Shown piece after piece: positions 26,576 through 37,790 of a stretch of 47,724 nucleotides of DNA. Position numbers and translations under genes: made by a program. The notes beneath the pieces were generated by a model, which was not told where the DNA came from, ran no database searches, and saw only the letters and a list, made by a program, of their open reading frames with translations. How positions within the stretch are numbered: position 1 is the first letter of the stretch; the number at the start of each line of letters is the position of its first letter. The DNA is from Octopus bimaculoides (taxonomy: Eukaryota): assembly GCF_001194135.2 (NCBI RefSeq), contig NC_068985.1, positions 89,917,230-89,964,953 on the forward strand. Direction: 5' to 3'.

Positions 26576-26678
26576 CTTCTTCTTCTTCTTCTTCTTCTTC
26601 TTCTTCTTCTTCTTCTTCTTCTTCTTCTTCTTCTTCTTCTTCTTCTNNNNNNNNNNTTATTATTATTATTATTATTAT

Positions 26679-26740
<62 letters not shown>
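26575..26740. repeat. Compound (TTC)n-gap-(TTA)n-(TAG)n microsatellite
   Basis: Directly visible; 10-N gap at 26647-26656. Confidence 0.95.
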
Positions 26741-27379
26741 ACTGTATTTGACTTTCATGCTTGAATATGACCAGCATTAATGATAATTATAGTACAAGCT
26801 GAACATATTAGCTGATAGATATAGCGACAAGAAGAAAGTAATTTTTAAGCACGATAGTCCTTGTAAAATGTGAAAACTGTCTGGTCTGTAAGATACTCAA
26901 TAATATTAATAACGAAGCAAAATATCGTTATTTTTTCTTGGAAGTGTGAGAGTTGAATGAAACATGTCATTTTAATTGAATATCGTTTCTAGAATGAAGA
27001 AAATAAAAGAAACTAACCAAACCCTGTTCAAAGGAATTCAAATGTTTTAAAAGAAAACTAATTCTGATAGTGTCACTAAAAATTGAATATCAAATTAATA
27101 ATTTCAGCAGTTTGCTAGTTTTTTTTTTTTTTTTTTTTTTTTGTCTGAGTGACTTAGTAAAATTTAATTGACGAATTATAGAATTCATTAGCAGATATTG
27201 GTCACAATATCCGTTAATTTATAGCAGATGCACATTGAAAACAAATGTCATGCACTTGAAATATCCTTTATCTTCCACTTTAACATGCTGTAGTCATTAG
27301 ACTGCGGCCGTTCTACGGCAAATCTTTGAAGACATTTTAATTGAATGCATTGATCACAGTCATTATCTTTTTAAGGTTA

Positions 27380-27592
27380 AAGGCAGAGAGCTGGCAGAAT
27401 CAGAAGCGCGCTGGACGAATTACTTGGCGGCATTTCACCTGTCGCTACGTTCGGAGTTCAAATTCCGCCGAGATCGACTTTACTTTTCATCCTTTCGGGG
27501 TCAATAAATTCAATACCAGCGAAATACTAGGATCGATGTAATCGACTAATCCGTTTCACCCGAAATTATGTCCTTGTATCTTTAGTAGAATG
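27380..27592 (+). mobile_element. SINE family B
   Basis: AAGGCAGAGAGCTGGCAGAATC ... GGAGTTCAAATTCCGCCGAGATCGACTTTACTTTTCATCCTTTCGGGGTCAATAAA. Confidence 0.85.
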
Positions 27593-27599
27593 GGTTACC

Positions 27600-27870
27600 T
27601 TTTAATCTAAAGTCTGATACTTATTTTGGAAACCTCTTTCACTGAATCGTTAGGGTACATGGACGTAAACACACTGGCGCATGTCATCAAGAATTGGTGA
27701 CGGACATAAACACAAACACACACAATCATATACACGACGGGTTTCTTTCAGTTTGCGTGTCAAAACCACTCACAGTGTTTCGACGGTCCATTGCTTCAAA
27801 GAAGACACTTGCAAAGGGTGCCATGAAGTGGGAATGAATCAGGAACAATGTGGTTGCATTATATAAAGCA
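27600..27870 (-). mobile_element. SINE family A, degenerate
   Basis: GGACGTAAACACAC ... CACGACGGGTTTCTTTCAGTTT ... GAAGACACTTGCAAAGGGTGCCA. Confidence 0.7.
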
Positions 27871-27963
27871 GTGTTCCCCACGGAAAACAATGCTTCAAAA
27901 TGTCTTGACTTATATATTCTCTCAATATCTCACAAATTTGGAAATTATGCATTAGTGTTTGAA

Positions 27964-28160
27964 GGAGGCGAGCTGGAAGCACCGTTAGCGTGTAGAACAA
28001 AATTGCATAACAGTATTTCTTCGAGATCCTTAATTCTGAGTTCAAATTTCGTCAAGGCGCAATTTTCTTTTCATCCATTTCGGGTGGGTTTATAAAAAGA
28101 AGTGCCAGTCAAGCCCTGCGATCGAGGTAATCGTCTTTTCTACTCCCTTCTAAATTGCTG
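27964..28160 (+). mobile_element. SINE family B, degenerate
   Basis: GGAGGCGAGCTGGAAGCACCGTTAGCGTG ... TTCTGAGTTCAAATTTCG ... TTTCATCCATTTCGGG. Confidence 0.75.
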
Positions 28161-30284
28161 ATGTTGAACCCTGGAACAGAGCGGCGTCCTGTTGGGGGTT
28201 TGTTAAGTTCTCCATGAATTATAATCCATGGAAATCGTATGGCCAGTTTTCTAATTAATAAGGGCTCAGGAATGTAATAATGCTTTTGTCAATAATATAT
28301 GATAGTAATATTGCACTTTATATAAAGTTAGACAGTATTTACTGCCGCAGTACTGGAATTAATACGTAAATAGAAAGTAATTTGATGTCATAAAACTTGT
28401 AAATTCATGAATAAAATGTGTTAATATAATTGTAATGTTTGGTAATTCTACAAAATTTTGAAAGGAATAGGATATATGGCAGGGAAGGACATGTATATGG
28501 CAATTAAGATATTTATGACATTTTAAGACAGTACATTTCACAACATGATTCAAAATAAATGTATAAATTATGAGAAGCCTTGTAAAGTTTAAAAGCTTTT
28601 TTTCAGTGGCTAAAATGTTTCTATATATTTCAGAAAGAGATATGTATTGAACGTGAAGTTGTGTCATAACCTAAATCATGAATAATGCGATGCATTCATT
28701 ATAAAATAAACTGTTCAGAATAAAGAGAAAACCTTTGTTAAAGAAACAGCATGGAAAATGGCATTGTGTCAGTAAAAAAAAATGTTTGTTACAGTTTGCA
28801 ATGTAAAAGATGATGCAACAAACGAAATAAATATTTATTCAGTTGAACTGAAGTGAACATGTAGCAATTTGAATATGAGGAAAATGTCGATTGTTGTGCT
28901 TTAGCTATATACTCCAACGACCATTAAGTTGCATGTTTTCACATGTATGGATTCATGTATCGTTTCTTTGTTTGATTCGTAATTGCCACATATATTTATA
29001 AAGATATTTGTGTGTTTTTTTTTAAAATATACACACATACTCTCACACAGAAAATCACACACACAGACACACACGTACATATACATATGAATATGCCCAT
29101 ATTCACCTACACACGCGCGCGTGCATATATCTATATGTGATCATATGAACGCTTTGAGAGATGGCAGATCCAATTAAAATCCATCACAACATGCTGCATA
29201 TAGCTATCAATTGATCGTTCACTTGAATTTCTCGGCGTGAAACAAGTAGCCGGAAGTATATACTTGATACTAATACATGCTGAGATCACAAAGAATACAT
29301 ACTCAAGAAGCGAATTTCTCAGTTGTTAAAAACCACCTAGAAATCGAAACAAACAAAGAAAAATATCCATCAACTACGACATCTACACATTTGAGTAATT
29401 ACCGCATTTAAGTGACAAGATTATATTCTGTATATCTTCGCTGATTGAGCGAGAATAATGATACTCTGTGCCCACTGACATGACGACTCCTTCACCCATT
29501 ACTTACTTCACTGATTGATAATAATACAAAGCTCTACATCGACGCTAAGGAAATTGGAGAATTTCTACAGAAACAATATACGACTTCTTCGATATCACTA
29601 ATGTTTGAACGAGAAAAAAGCATCGAAGCTACATCCCATTGTATGACATAACATCTGGCGCACCAGATATTATCGTTCACATTATTGATATTATAATATT
29701 TATCTCAAATACGGTCTCAGTGTTAGCAGTTTCTCGTTAGTATGCTAGAGGTATGGTGACACGTTTTTGCATCGTGCCAGGCAAATCTCTGCAAAAGATT
29801 GTTAGAATTCATTATATAGAGAATTATTTCATTACTCTATCCGTCATTATACAGTTGTAGGAAATTAAACTGACCTCTTACATTTCTCATGATCACATAC
29901 AGTTTTATTCAATCAAATGTTTCTTAAATGTGTTGACTTCAAGAATAACAGACAACTTTCACAGCTCCTATTTCTGCATTCTGACAAATACAGCTCTCTT
30001 TCAAGCAGATGAAATGTATAACAGGGAGACACGATTGAAAGTTCCATGGAGTTATGTTACCAATTAGATAATGTTTATTTACAGTAATTTCCCTAATTTT
30101 GGGGTATAAATTCCGTTACTTGTTGACCGTTAATCTGTTCCTAAGTGTTGAACTCATTTGACGTATGGATTTCCTGCCACATCAGCCTCATTTGAGAACA
30201 TAAATTAAGCATTTCCAGATTTGATTATAAAATATTGCTAAAACCAAAAATTCTTCATTTATTTGAATATCGTTTATCTTTTGC

Positions 30285-30700
30285 TTTTTTCAGTCATCAG
30301 ACTGTGGCCATGCTGGAGCATCCCCTTGAGAAATTTTAGTCAAATTGGTCGACCCTAATGTTCCTTTTTTATGGGTGGGGGGGCGTACTAAGCCTATGGG
30401 ACTCTTTTGCCGAAACTCTAGGATACGGAGTCATAAATACACAAACACCTGTTGTCAAGCTGTGGCGGGATACACCACAGACATACTCGCACACACACAT
30501 GCGCACATAGACACACGCTCACATGCACGCACGCAAACACACAGACGCATAAGACGGGCTTTCTTCAGTTTCTGTATACCAAATCTACTCACAAAGCTTT
30601 GGCCGAGACGAGGCTGTAGTACAAGTTTACGGAGTCACGCACTGGGACTGGACCCAGAATCATGTGGTAGGATAGCAAGCTTCCTACCACACAATCACGC
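30285..30700 (-). mobile_element. SINE family A, full length
   Basis: CAGTCATCAGACTGTGGCCATGCTGGAGCATCC ... GCACTGGGACTGGACCCAGAATCATGTGG...CTACCACACAATCAC. Confidence 0.85.
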
Positions 30701-30732
30701 ATATCATTGATATGAAAATAAAATAGATTTCA

Positions 30733-30922
30733 GAGTTCTATATTCAAGAGATGTGTAATTACGTACGTTATTTACATTATTTGCATTTCAGGGATATTTG
30801 TCCTTATCTTGTTTATATTCAACGTTTCGGCTGATACACCCGCCATGTTTCATCAGATGTCTTGGGAAAATTTCGTATCTGGGTTCTCATTCCTAAGGTA
30901 TTTTTCGATGTTGTTGTTGTTG

Positions 30923-30980
<58 letters not shown>

Positions 30981-31238
30981 CCAAGTCATTGCCTGGAATC
31001 AAACTCGGAAACTTGGGGTTGGAAGCCCGCGCTCTTAACCACTACGTCATATGCCCACGGGCATATGGCGTAGTGGTTAATAATAATAACATCGACAAAT
31101 ACCTTAGGAATGAGAAACCTGGTTCGAAATTTCCCAAGACACCTGATGAAGGCTGGAAGGTATAACAGCCGAAACGTTGTGTCAACAACAAACACGATGA
31201 GGACAAATATCCGTCAACTGTAAATAATGTAAATAATG
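30733..31238. mobile_element. Palindromic head-to-head dimer of family C
   Basis: Left arm (-) 30733-31056 with (TTA)n and a tRNA-like head (A box TGACGTAGTGG, B box GAGTTTGATTCC on -). Right arm (+) 31059-31238 lacks most of the head. Flanked by AAAATAGATTTCA at 30720-30732 and 31239-31251. Confidence 0.85.
31138..31183 (+). ncRNA. Minimal type-I hammerhead ribozyme-like motif, best-preserved copy
   Basis: GACAC-CTGATGA-A-GGCTG(gaaggtataa)CAGCC-GAA-ACGT-T-GTGTC: perfect 5-bp stems I and II, palindromic ACGT stem III, putative GUU cleavage triplet ending at 31178, one extra A after the core. Confidence 0.65.
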
Positions 31239-31869
31239 AAAATAGATTTCATCCTGAGAGGAAATAATCCTCATTTGGTACTTATCCCAATTTATTTGTT
31301 TGGTGGTGCAAATTCGATGGCTCTAAAATATTTACAGCTTTGGATGGGATAGAAAACCAATTCGTGAAATACCGTTAATTGCTCTGCTACCTCATCGTTG
31401 CAATATTTCGAAAAGAGCCAAGCAGGCTTAATGCGACATCGTTATTATACAAACATGGTTATAAATCGTATATAATTTTTAATATCTCTTACGACATTGG
31501 TACACGAGTAAATATTCACCAAGGAATATAATTTGAAAAATCAATAAATAAATATTTTCTATCGCAATGACGTACTCAATGATTAAATATTCGAAGGGCA
31601 TAAACGTTGACATTCGGAAAATATGTCGAAAGTAATGAAAACTTATGCAAATATTGAGATCATTTATTAATTATATACTACGCCAATATTTATTAATGTA
31701 TGATATTAAAATAATGAAATATATTCAGTAAGTTGTGTGTCCGAGATATAACTATACCCGATAGGTTGATGAATTATCGGCTGTGGTCGACAATTAATTT
31801 ACGGCGACACGTTCAAATCTTCCAGTCTCTGTAGAAGGGGAGAGATCACCCTCCTTGCTGTGGATTTTG

Positions 31870-32305
31870 TAATATGGGTTGAAATATTGGCTCAAGGTCC
31901 ACAATTAGAAGTGAGGGTTAAATCAATTATATCTATCAGAGTGATGAACTGATAATCATTTTATTGACCCAAAAGGATTAAAGTCACAGTTAACCTTCGT
32001 GAAATTTAAATTCAGAACGTAAAGGTGGACAAAATGAAACCAAGCTTTTTGCCCTGCGTTCTAACAAAGAATTCTGACGGCTCGTCGCCTTTGGCTTTCA
32101 TTAGTATTTCCAATTTTGGCCCTAGGACCACAATTCCATCAAATTCGTGTGAGGGGATGATTCAACTGGTACTTATTTGATTGACCCTAAAAGAATAAGA
32201 GGCAATGTCGACCTGGGGGGAAGTTAACTAAAAATATGAAGACCGACTAAATGCCACTAAGTATTTTGTCCGGCATGCAAACGATTCAACCAACTCGCCC
32301 CTTGA
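31870..32305 (-). mobile_element. Two tandem degenerate SINE family B copies
   Basis: ATTTAAATTCAGAACGTAAAG...CTCGTCGCCTT (to about 32092) and ACTGGTACTTATTTGATTGACCCTAAAAG...CAACTCGCCCC (to about 32305). Confidence 0.7.
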
Positions 32306-32349
32306 TGGGTTTCATAATCATTAAACATATTTTTTAAAATGTTTACGTT

Positions 32350-32700
32350 TTTCTTCTGTCAGTCATTAGCCTGCGGTCATTTTGGAACGGCTGATCGAAG
32401 TGGTTTTTAGTTGCTCTGTTCCTCCTCAATACTTATTCTATCGGTCTGCTCAAACGCTATGCCCTCGTAAAGAAACACCAGTTTTGAAGCAATGGAGGGA
32501 CAAACACATGCACAAACACAACGGTACAAACGCACACATGCATATTTAGAACGGGCTTCCGTACAGTTTATTTTTATCGAATTCCCTCACAGGTCTATAG
32601 AAGAAACCACTAACCTAAGCTGCCACGCAGGGAATGAATCTGAAACCTCGTGGTTGAAAAGCGATTTTGTTCCCCACGAAGCAGCAACGCCTGTGACTAA
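32350..32700 (-). mobile_element. SINE family A, degenerate
   Basis: ATACTTATTCTATCGGTC ... GGAGGGACAAACAC ... ACGGGCTTCCGTACAGTTT ... GCCACGCAGGGAATGAATCTGAAACC. Confidence 0.6.
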
Positions 32701-32769
32701 AAGATACAGGAAATATTTAAATGAAGAAATAAACTTGTAAAGAAAAACACTTAAGATGGTATTTCATAT

Positions 32770-33215
32770 CTAATTATGGTCTCAAATTTCGGCATTATAC
32801 CAGTCATTTCATGCGGTGAAGTCAATCACTTCAACTCCTGTGCTCAACAAATAACTATTTCATCAGCCTAAGAAGGGATGACAGAGAAAGGCGACCTCAG
32901 CCGATTTTGAACTCAGAACCAGACACATTGGATGACACTTAGTATTTTTTCTTGTATACTATCAATTCTTTCGGCTCGTCGCCTGGTTTCACATCTAAGA
33001 TTGACTTCAAATCCTGTCACACCGCTAGTAATTTCGGGGCAATGTGTAAACTGAATTCATCGACCTCAGTGTTCAAATGGTACTTATTTTATTTAACCCA
33101 AAATGCTAAATGGCAAAGTCGACCTAGGTGGAATTTGAACTTAGAAAGTAAAGACTGACGGAAAGCAGACAAGCGTTTTCCCCGGTGTGCTACCGATCCT
33201 TCCAGCACGCCACTT
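32770..33215 (-). mobile_element. Two tandem degenerate SINE family B copies
   Basis: AAAGGCGACCTCAGCCGATTTTGAACTCAGAAC and TGGTACTTATTTT...GGCAAAGTCGACCTAGGTGGAATTTGAACTTAGAA...CCCGGTGTGCTACCGATCCTTCCAGC. Confidence 0.7.
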
Positions 33216-33661
33216 CATTTCCAATCCAATACAAAGACAAAAGCATTTGTTTTTTATTACTGTTACCGAGGAGGTACACTTCATGATTATTCGAACTTGT
33301 TGCAAGGCCACTTAAATTATTAGAAGTTCCTTTAAGTTGCTCAAAAATGTTAAGCACAAATCATTGAGCAGTTTGGTAATTATAATTTAATGGTTGTTCA
33401 TTTTCTATATTCATTTAAAAAATGATTTCTTGCCAGAGATAAATTCTAAGCTGATTTAACAATTTCCTTAAATGCAGATAATTAACTTAACTTTGAATTT
33501 GCCAACCAAATTCACAGGCTTATATGCTTTTAGCAGTTCAACCAAACACACGTGGTTTTATATAATCAAACTACCACTTTAACAGGGTTATGTAGCAGCA
33601 GGGTGAAAATCATATGACAATATTATTACGCTCATGTCTATATCCATATATCTCCCTCTCT

Positions 33662-33990
33662 AAGGCGACGAGCGTGGCAGAATCGATACCACGCTGGGTG
33701 AAATGCTTCGTGGTATTCGGTCAGGCTTTACGTTCTTAGTTCAAATTCCGCCGAAGTTGGTTTTGCTTTTCCTACGTTTACGCACCAGGGCCGATGTAAT
33801 CGACTTAGTCCCTTTGTCTGTCCCTGTTTGCCGCGTCTATCTCCCTCTCTAAGGCAGCGAGCTGGCAGAAACGTTAGCACGCCAGGCGAAATTCTTAGCG
33901 GTTTGTCGTCTTTCTTTACGTTCTGAATGCAAATTCTGCCGAGATCGATTTTGGCTTTCATCCTCTCGGGGTCGATAAAATCGACTGGCA
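33662..33990 (+). mobile_element. Two tandem SINE family B copies sharing a duplicated 5' flank
   Basis: TATCTCCCTCTCTAAGGC at 33649-33666 and again at 33838-33855, each followed by a family B head. Confidence 0.85.
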
Positions 33991-34081
33991 CCCTTCTCAA
34001 CAACTTCTTGTCTCGTGCCTTGAGTTAGAAAATAATATATCTCAATTTCTCTTTCTCTCACTCTCTCAAGTCTTTTCACTC

Positions 34082-34082
<1 letters not shown>

Positions 34083-34141
<59 letters not shown>

Positions 34142-34306
34142 TAGGCATGTATGTGTATATACTCACTCAGACAGACACACTCACAATATACCTATACATA
34201 TTGATATAGTTATGTATGTATGTATATATATCTATATATATATATGTGTGTGTGTGTGTTTGTACATGTACATACATATACATGTATGTTTTCTTGCATA
34301 TGTTCG

Positions 34307-34360
<54 letters not shown>

Positions 34361-34400
34361 CGTGTGTGTGTGTATGTGTGTATGTGTATGTGTGTGTGTG
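34083..34400. repeat. Compound (TA)n/(TG)n microsatellite region
   Basis: Directly visible. Confidence 0.9.
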
Positions 34401-35221
34401 ATTGCATTATTCAATGTATCAGTAAAAGATCGGATGCAACATTTCTGATGGAGTAGATTATAGTGAAAAATTCGTTATTCATACGTTTTATGGATCCGAA
34501 ATTATTGTTGTTGCTCCATAATGTACAAAACACCATTAGTGTTAATGGAGACTAATTTCTGTGTGTTTGAATACATTATAAAATATTTCCAGTTTCTCTA
34601 TAATTCTTAGTGTTATATAATGTTGAAAAATTAATAGTCTATTGCATTAATTTATTTCGTTTCTCAATCATAAATGCATTACTGGAATCAAACCAAATCG
34701 AAATTATAGCCGCATATCATTTGGAATTTGCTCAAAAGTGCTTACCGAAAAATGGGTGCAGTTCCAAATGTAAACCAGCTTTAATATAAGGCGTTCTGTT
34801 TAGTTGGAGTGTCGAATATATATCTTACGGCTTAAATAAATAAAATGTTATCCTGTGTATTATGCACAATCAATATGATTTGACAGCCTGAAAATCTAAT
34901 AAAGAGGTAAGAAGTCAACCCGAACGAATATTGTAATAAAATAATCCCAAACATTATTATCGAAATAGTTTAGTCGGTCTACATTAATAGAGTTTGACAT
35001 GAGTTTGCAAACTTTGAAGGAATGCTGTTGTGTTTCCGGAAGTAAGGAAGTATTTGTATGCGCGTAACGTTTTCTCTTCCAACTGCCAGACTTTGTATTT
35101 CGTTTTCATTCCAAGCTATTATCTGAGCGCTTGTAAATCTAAAACAATTCTTTCTGTCCGTCTTGTTTTCTCTTGATAGTGCCTTACAATAAGTGGTTTC
35201 CTGCCTCGTTTGGGATATATA

Positions 35222-35447
35222 AAGTTATCCCTCGTCATATCGCGGTTCACAAATCGCGGTTTATTATCTAAGCTTACGTTGATCCGTCCGTTGTGCTGTT
35301 TCGCATTTATAATAAAATAACTATATACAAATTATAAAAATAAGTAAAACAAGAAATAGACAATACAGTACTGTTTTTACCTCGCGGATTTTCACCTATC
35401 GCGTGTAATTTTGGAATGTAACCCCCGCCATAGTCGAGGGATTACTG
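35222..35447. mobile_element. pogo/Tigger-like MITE
   Basis: Termini AAGTTATCCCTCG and CGAGGGATTACTG, TA-flanked; the same terminus (CAGCAATCCCTCGACTATCGCGG) recurs at 41227. Confidence 0.65.
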
Positions 35448-35697
35448 TAATAATCTAAAAATACATAACTAACGTCTGTAAGTGGTAAACATCCATCTAA
35501 CCTAATAATATTGCTTGTGTTTTGGCCATAAAATCAGAAGCATAAAGTAACGACGGAAAATTATAAAATGTGCGTCATTGAGACTGTGGCAAGAAATAAC
35601 GGAGCAGGATGGACTCTAGGCCTTCATTATTGCGTAGGAAACGTTTTACTAATTCATACATACTGACAATGCACAGATCGACATCACAAACTTCTAT

Positions 35698-35731
<34 letters not shown>

Positions 35732-36849
35732 TAATGCAACATTATGGCATTTATATCTCATTCTATAAACTCTCTGTAAATTTAAGATCAATGGTATTTC
35801 CGTCGAATCTTGCACTGCACTAGGAAGTTAATAAATAAATTCGACTTAATGAATTCGAAACTGTTACTCTCTCGAACACAATGTAAATATCGTGGTTCTG
35901 TCTACAGAGACATTTGTTGCAGTCTTTGAAACATAATCATAGAGTTTTGAGTCAACAAATTCTGAATTTGTTAAGTCATGACACACACTAACGAATCAGA
36001 ATTCGCAATTATGAAAGCTTATAGTGTGTACTACTTGCAACTATTATTCAGCGTTTGAAATTATTTTCATCTACATATTCGTGATATATTGTCTTAGATA
36101 TTCTCTCATAAATTGCATCGTATTAACGGTTAAACACATTTTACTACTAACTAAAACCAGTTTGTGTACAATCAGCGACTAGTGTCTACCTGTTGAAATA
36201 TATTTCGCTGATTGGACTCAACAACATTCCGCAAATGACGTCGTCGCCCAGCCACCTTGTTATGCGGCGATCAATCAATGATTGAGGTATTGTGAATATT
36301 AGATTTCATGATGAAAGAATTGATCATTGTTGAAAACTTTTTCAAGCGTAGAAAACATGATGTCGAATAGGAATTGCTACAACCAACACTGATACTTCCA
36401 AGCCAAGATATATTTAAATACATCAGTGAATATTATATGGCATAAAGAAATATCCAATTTGATACTATTTAACTTCATGTTCCATAGAGTTCAATAAAAT
36501 CACGTCAAATACTTCATAGATTACCATGCTAAACTATTTAATTTAGCTATCTACGAATTGCCTCTGTTATGCGATCTCCAGTATGTTACTATTAGATAAA
36601 TACTAGTTAATAACATCCAGAAACAGACAGCAAAATAAGAGAGGGGATTAATTACCAACGAATACTCTATGACTTAAAATCCAGTAAATTATAAGCAAAA
36701 CGTTTTCAAATGTTCAGAAAATAAACAATTCATAAAATCAATGTAAAGTTTTGTATAACATAAACCATAACAAATTTATTACAAATCCATAACAAATCCA
36801 ATATGATGGAGTAGAAATTGGCAAAAAAAAGATTAAAGCGTATATGCAT

Positions 36850-37050
36850 ATGTGGTGTTTGTCCCCTGCCACCGACTGACATGTGTTAGTGTGTTTAAAT
36901 CATCGTACTTTAGTGATTCTACAAAAGAGAGTGAAAGAATAAGTACGTAGCTTTCAAAATGTACGTGGGATCAATTCGTTTCACTTAGATACTTCAGGGT
37001 GATGCTCTAGCAAAGCTGCAGGTCTATGACGGAATCCGTAAAAGATTAAA
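36850..37050 (+). mobile_element. SINE family A, 3' half, very degenerate
   Basis: GTGTTTGTCCCCTGCCACCGACTGACA ... GAAAGAATAAGTAC ... GGTGATGCTCTAGCA. Confidence 0.5.
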
Positions 37051-37549
37051 GAACACATATAATGTCGAAAATAAGGCAACGAAGAACAACGTAGGCACTA
37101 AAGGATAGCGGAAGGGTTACCATAGAAATAATAGTTGTGAGGATGCCTGCGAAAAATACCTGAATGGTGGTGAAATGAGACCAGGAACTTCCGTTTAGCG
37201 AATACGTAATGTGACTTAAAAAAAGAATATCAGAAATTGGGAATAAATTAATACGTCTTTCAAATTTTGGCACAAGAACAATGATCGCGTTTTCTTTTAT
37301 TTATTGCATAAATCTCGGCAATGGACCACCATTCCATAAAATGTGTTTATAAGGAGAAAAATATTGAAAAACATCGATTTCATTGATATTAATTTATCGA
37401 ACCCTAATAGATGAAAGGCACTGTCCACCTCAGCCGGATCTCATCATTTTGTCTCTCCGCAATAACGATCCTGTCAGCTATCCACCTCTGGATAGAAAAG
37501 AATTATGATGTCAAAAATATCATAATATTATTCATGATATCAGAAGGAA

Positions 37550-37790
37550 AGGTGCTACCGCCTTCGTAGCTATGTGGCTAAAGTTTTGCTTCGCAGTCTC
37601 TTCGATTCGGTTCAGTTCTGATGCACGAACATTTATCAAATATCTTCCATTAAGCCGCGTGGAGACCAATCCATTTTCTGTGAATATTGTAGACGGAAAC
37701 CTATATGTACGTGTATTTTTTGTGGGTAAATCTCTGTGTCTTTGCTTGTCTTTCACTACATGTCAACCGGTGTTTGTTTACCCTAACAAC
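37550..37790 (+). mobile_element. SINE family A, 5' half, very degenerate
   Basis: GTAGCTATGTGGCTAAAGTTTTGCTTC ... GGTTCAGTTCTGATG ... TTGTAGACGGAAAC ... TGTCAACCGGTG. Confidence 0.55.

Noticed and set aside
29507-29564. Minus-strand segment with a strong acceptor and GTAAGT donor
   Set aside because: 58 nt with stops in all three frames; it could only be a non-coding or terminal exon.
30981-31056. Functional tRNA gene
   Set aside because: The tRNA-like sequence is fused to (AAT)n and the family C tail, has a degraded B box and lacks a clean acceptor stem and terminator; it is a SINE-type head.
36205-36260. CCAAT (GATTGG) plus CRE-like TGACGTC as a promoter
   Set aside because: Short motifs with no associated gene start or transcript evidence.
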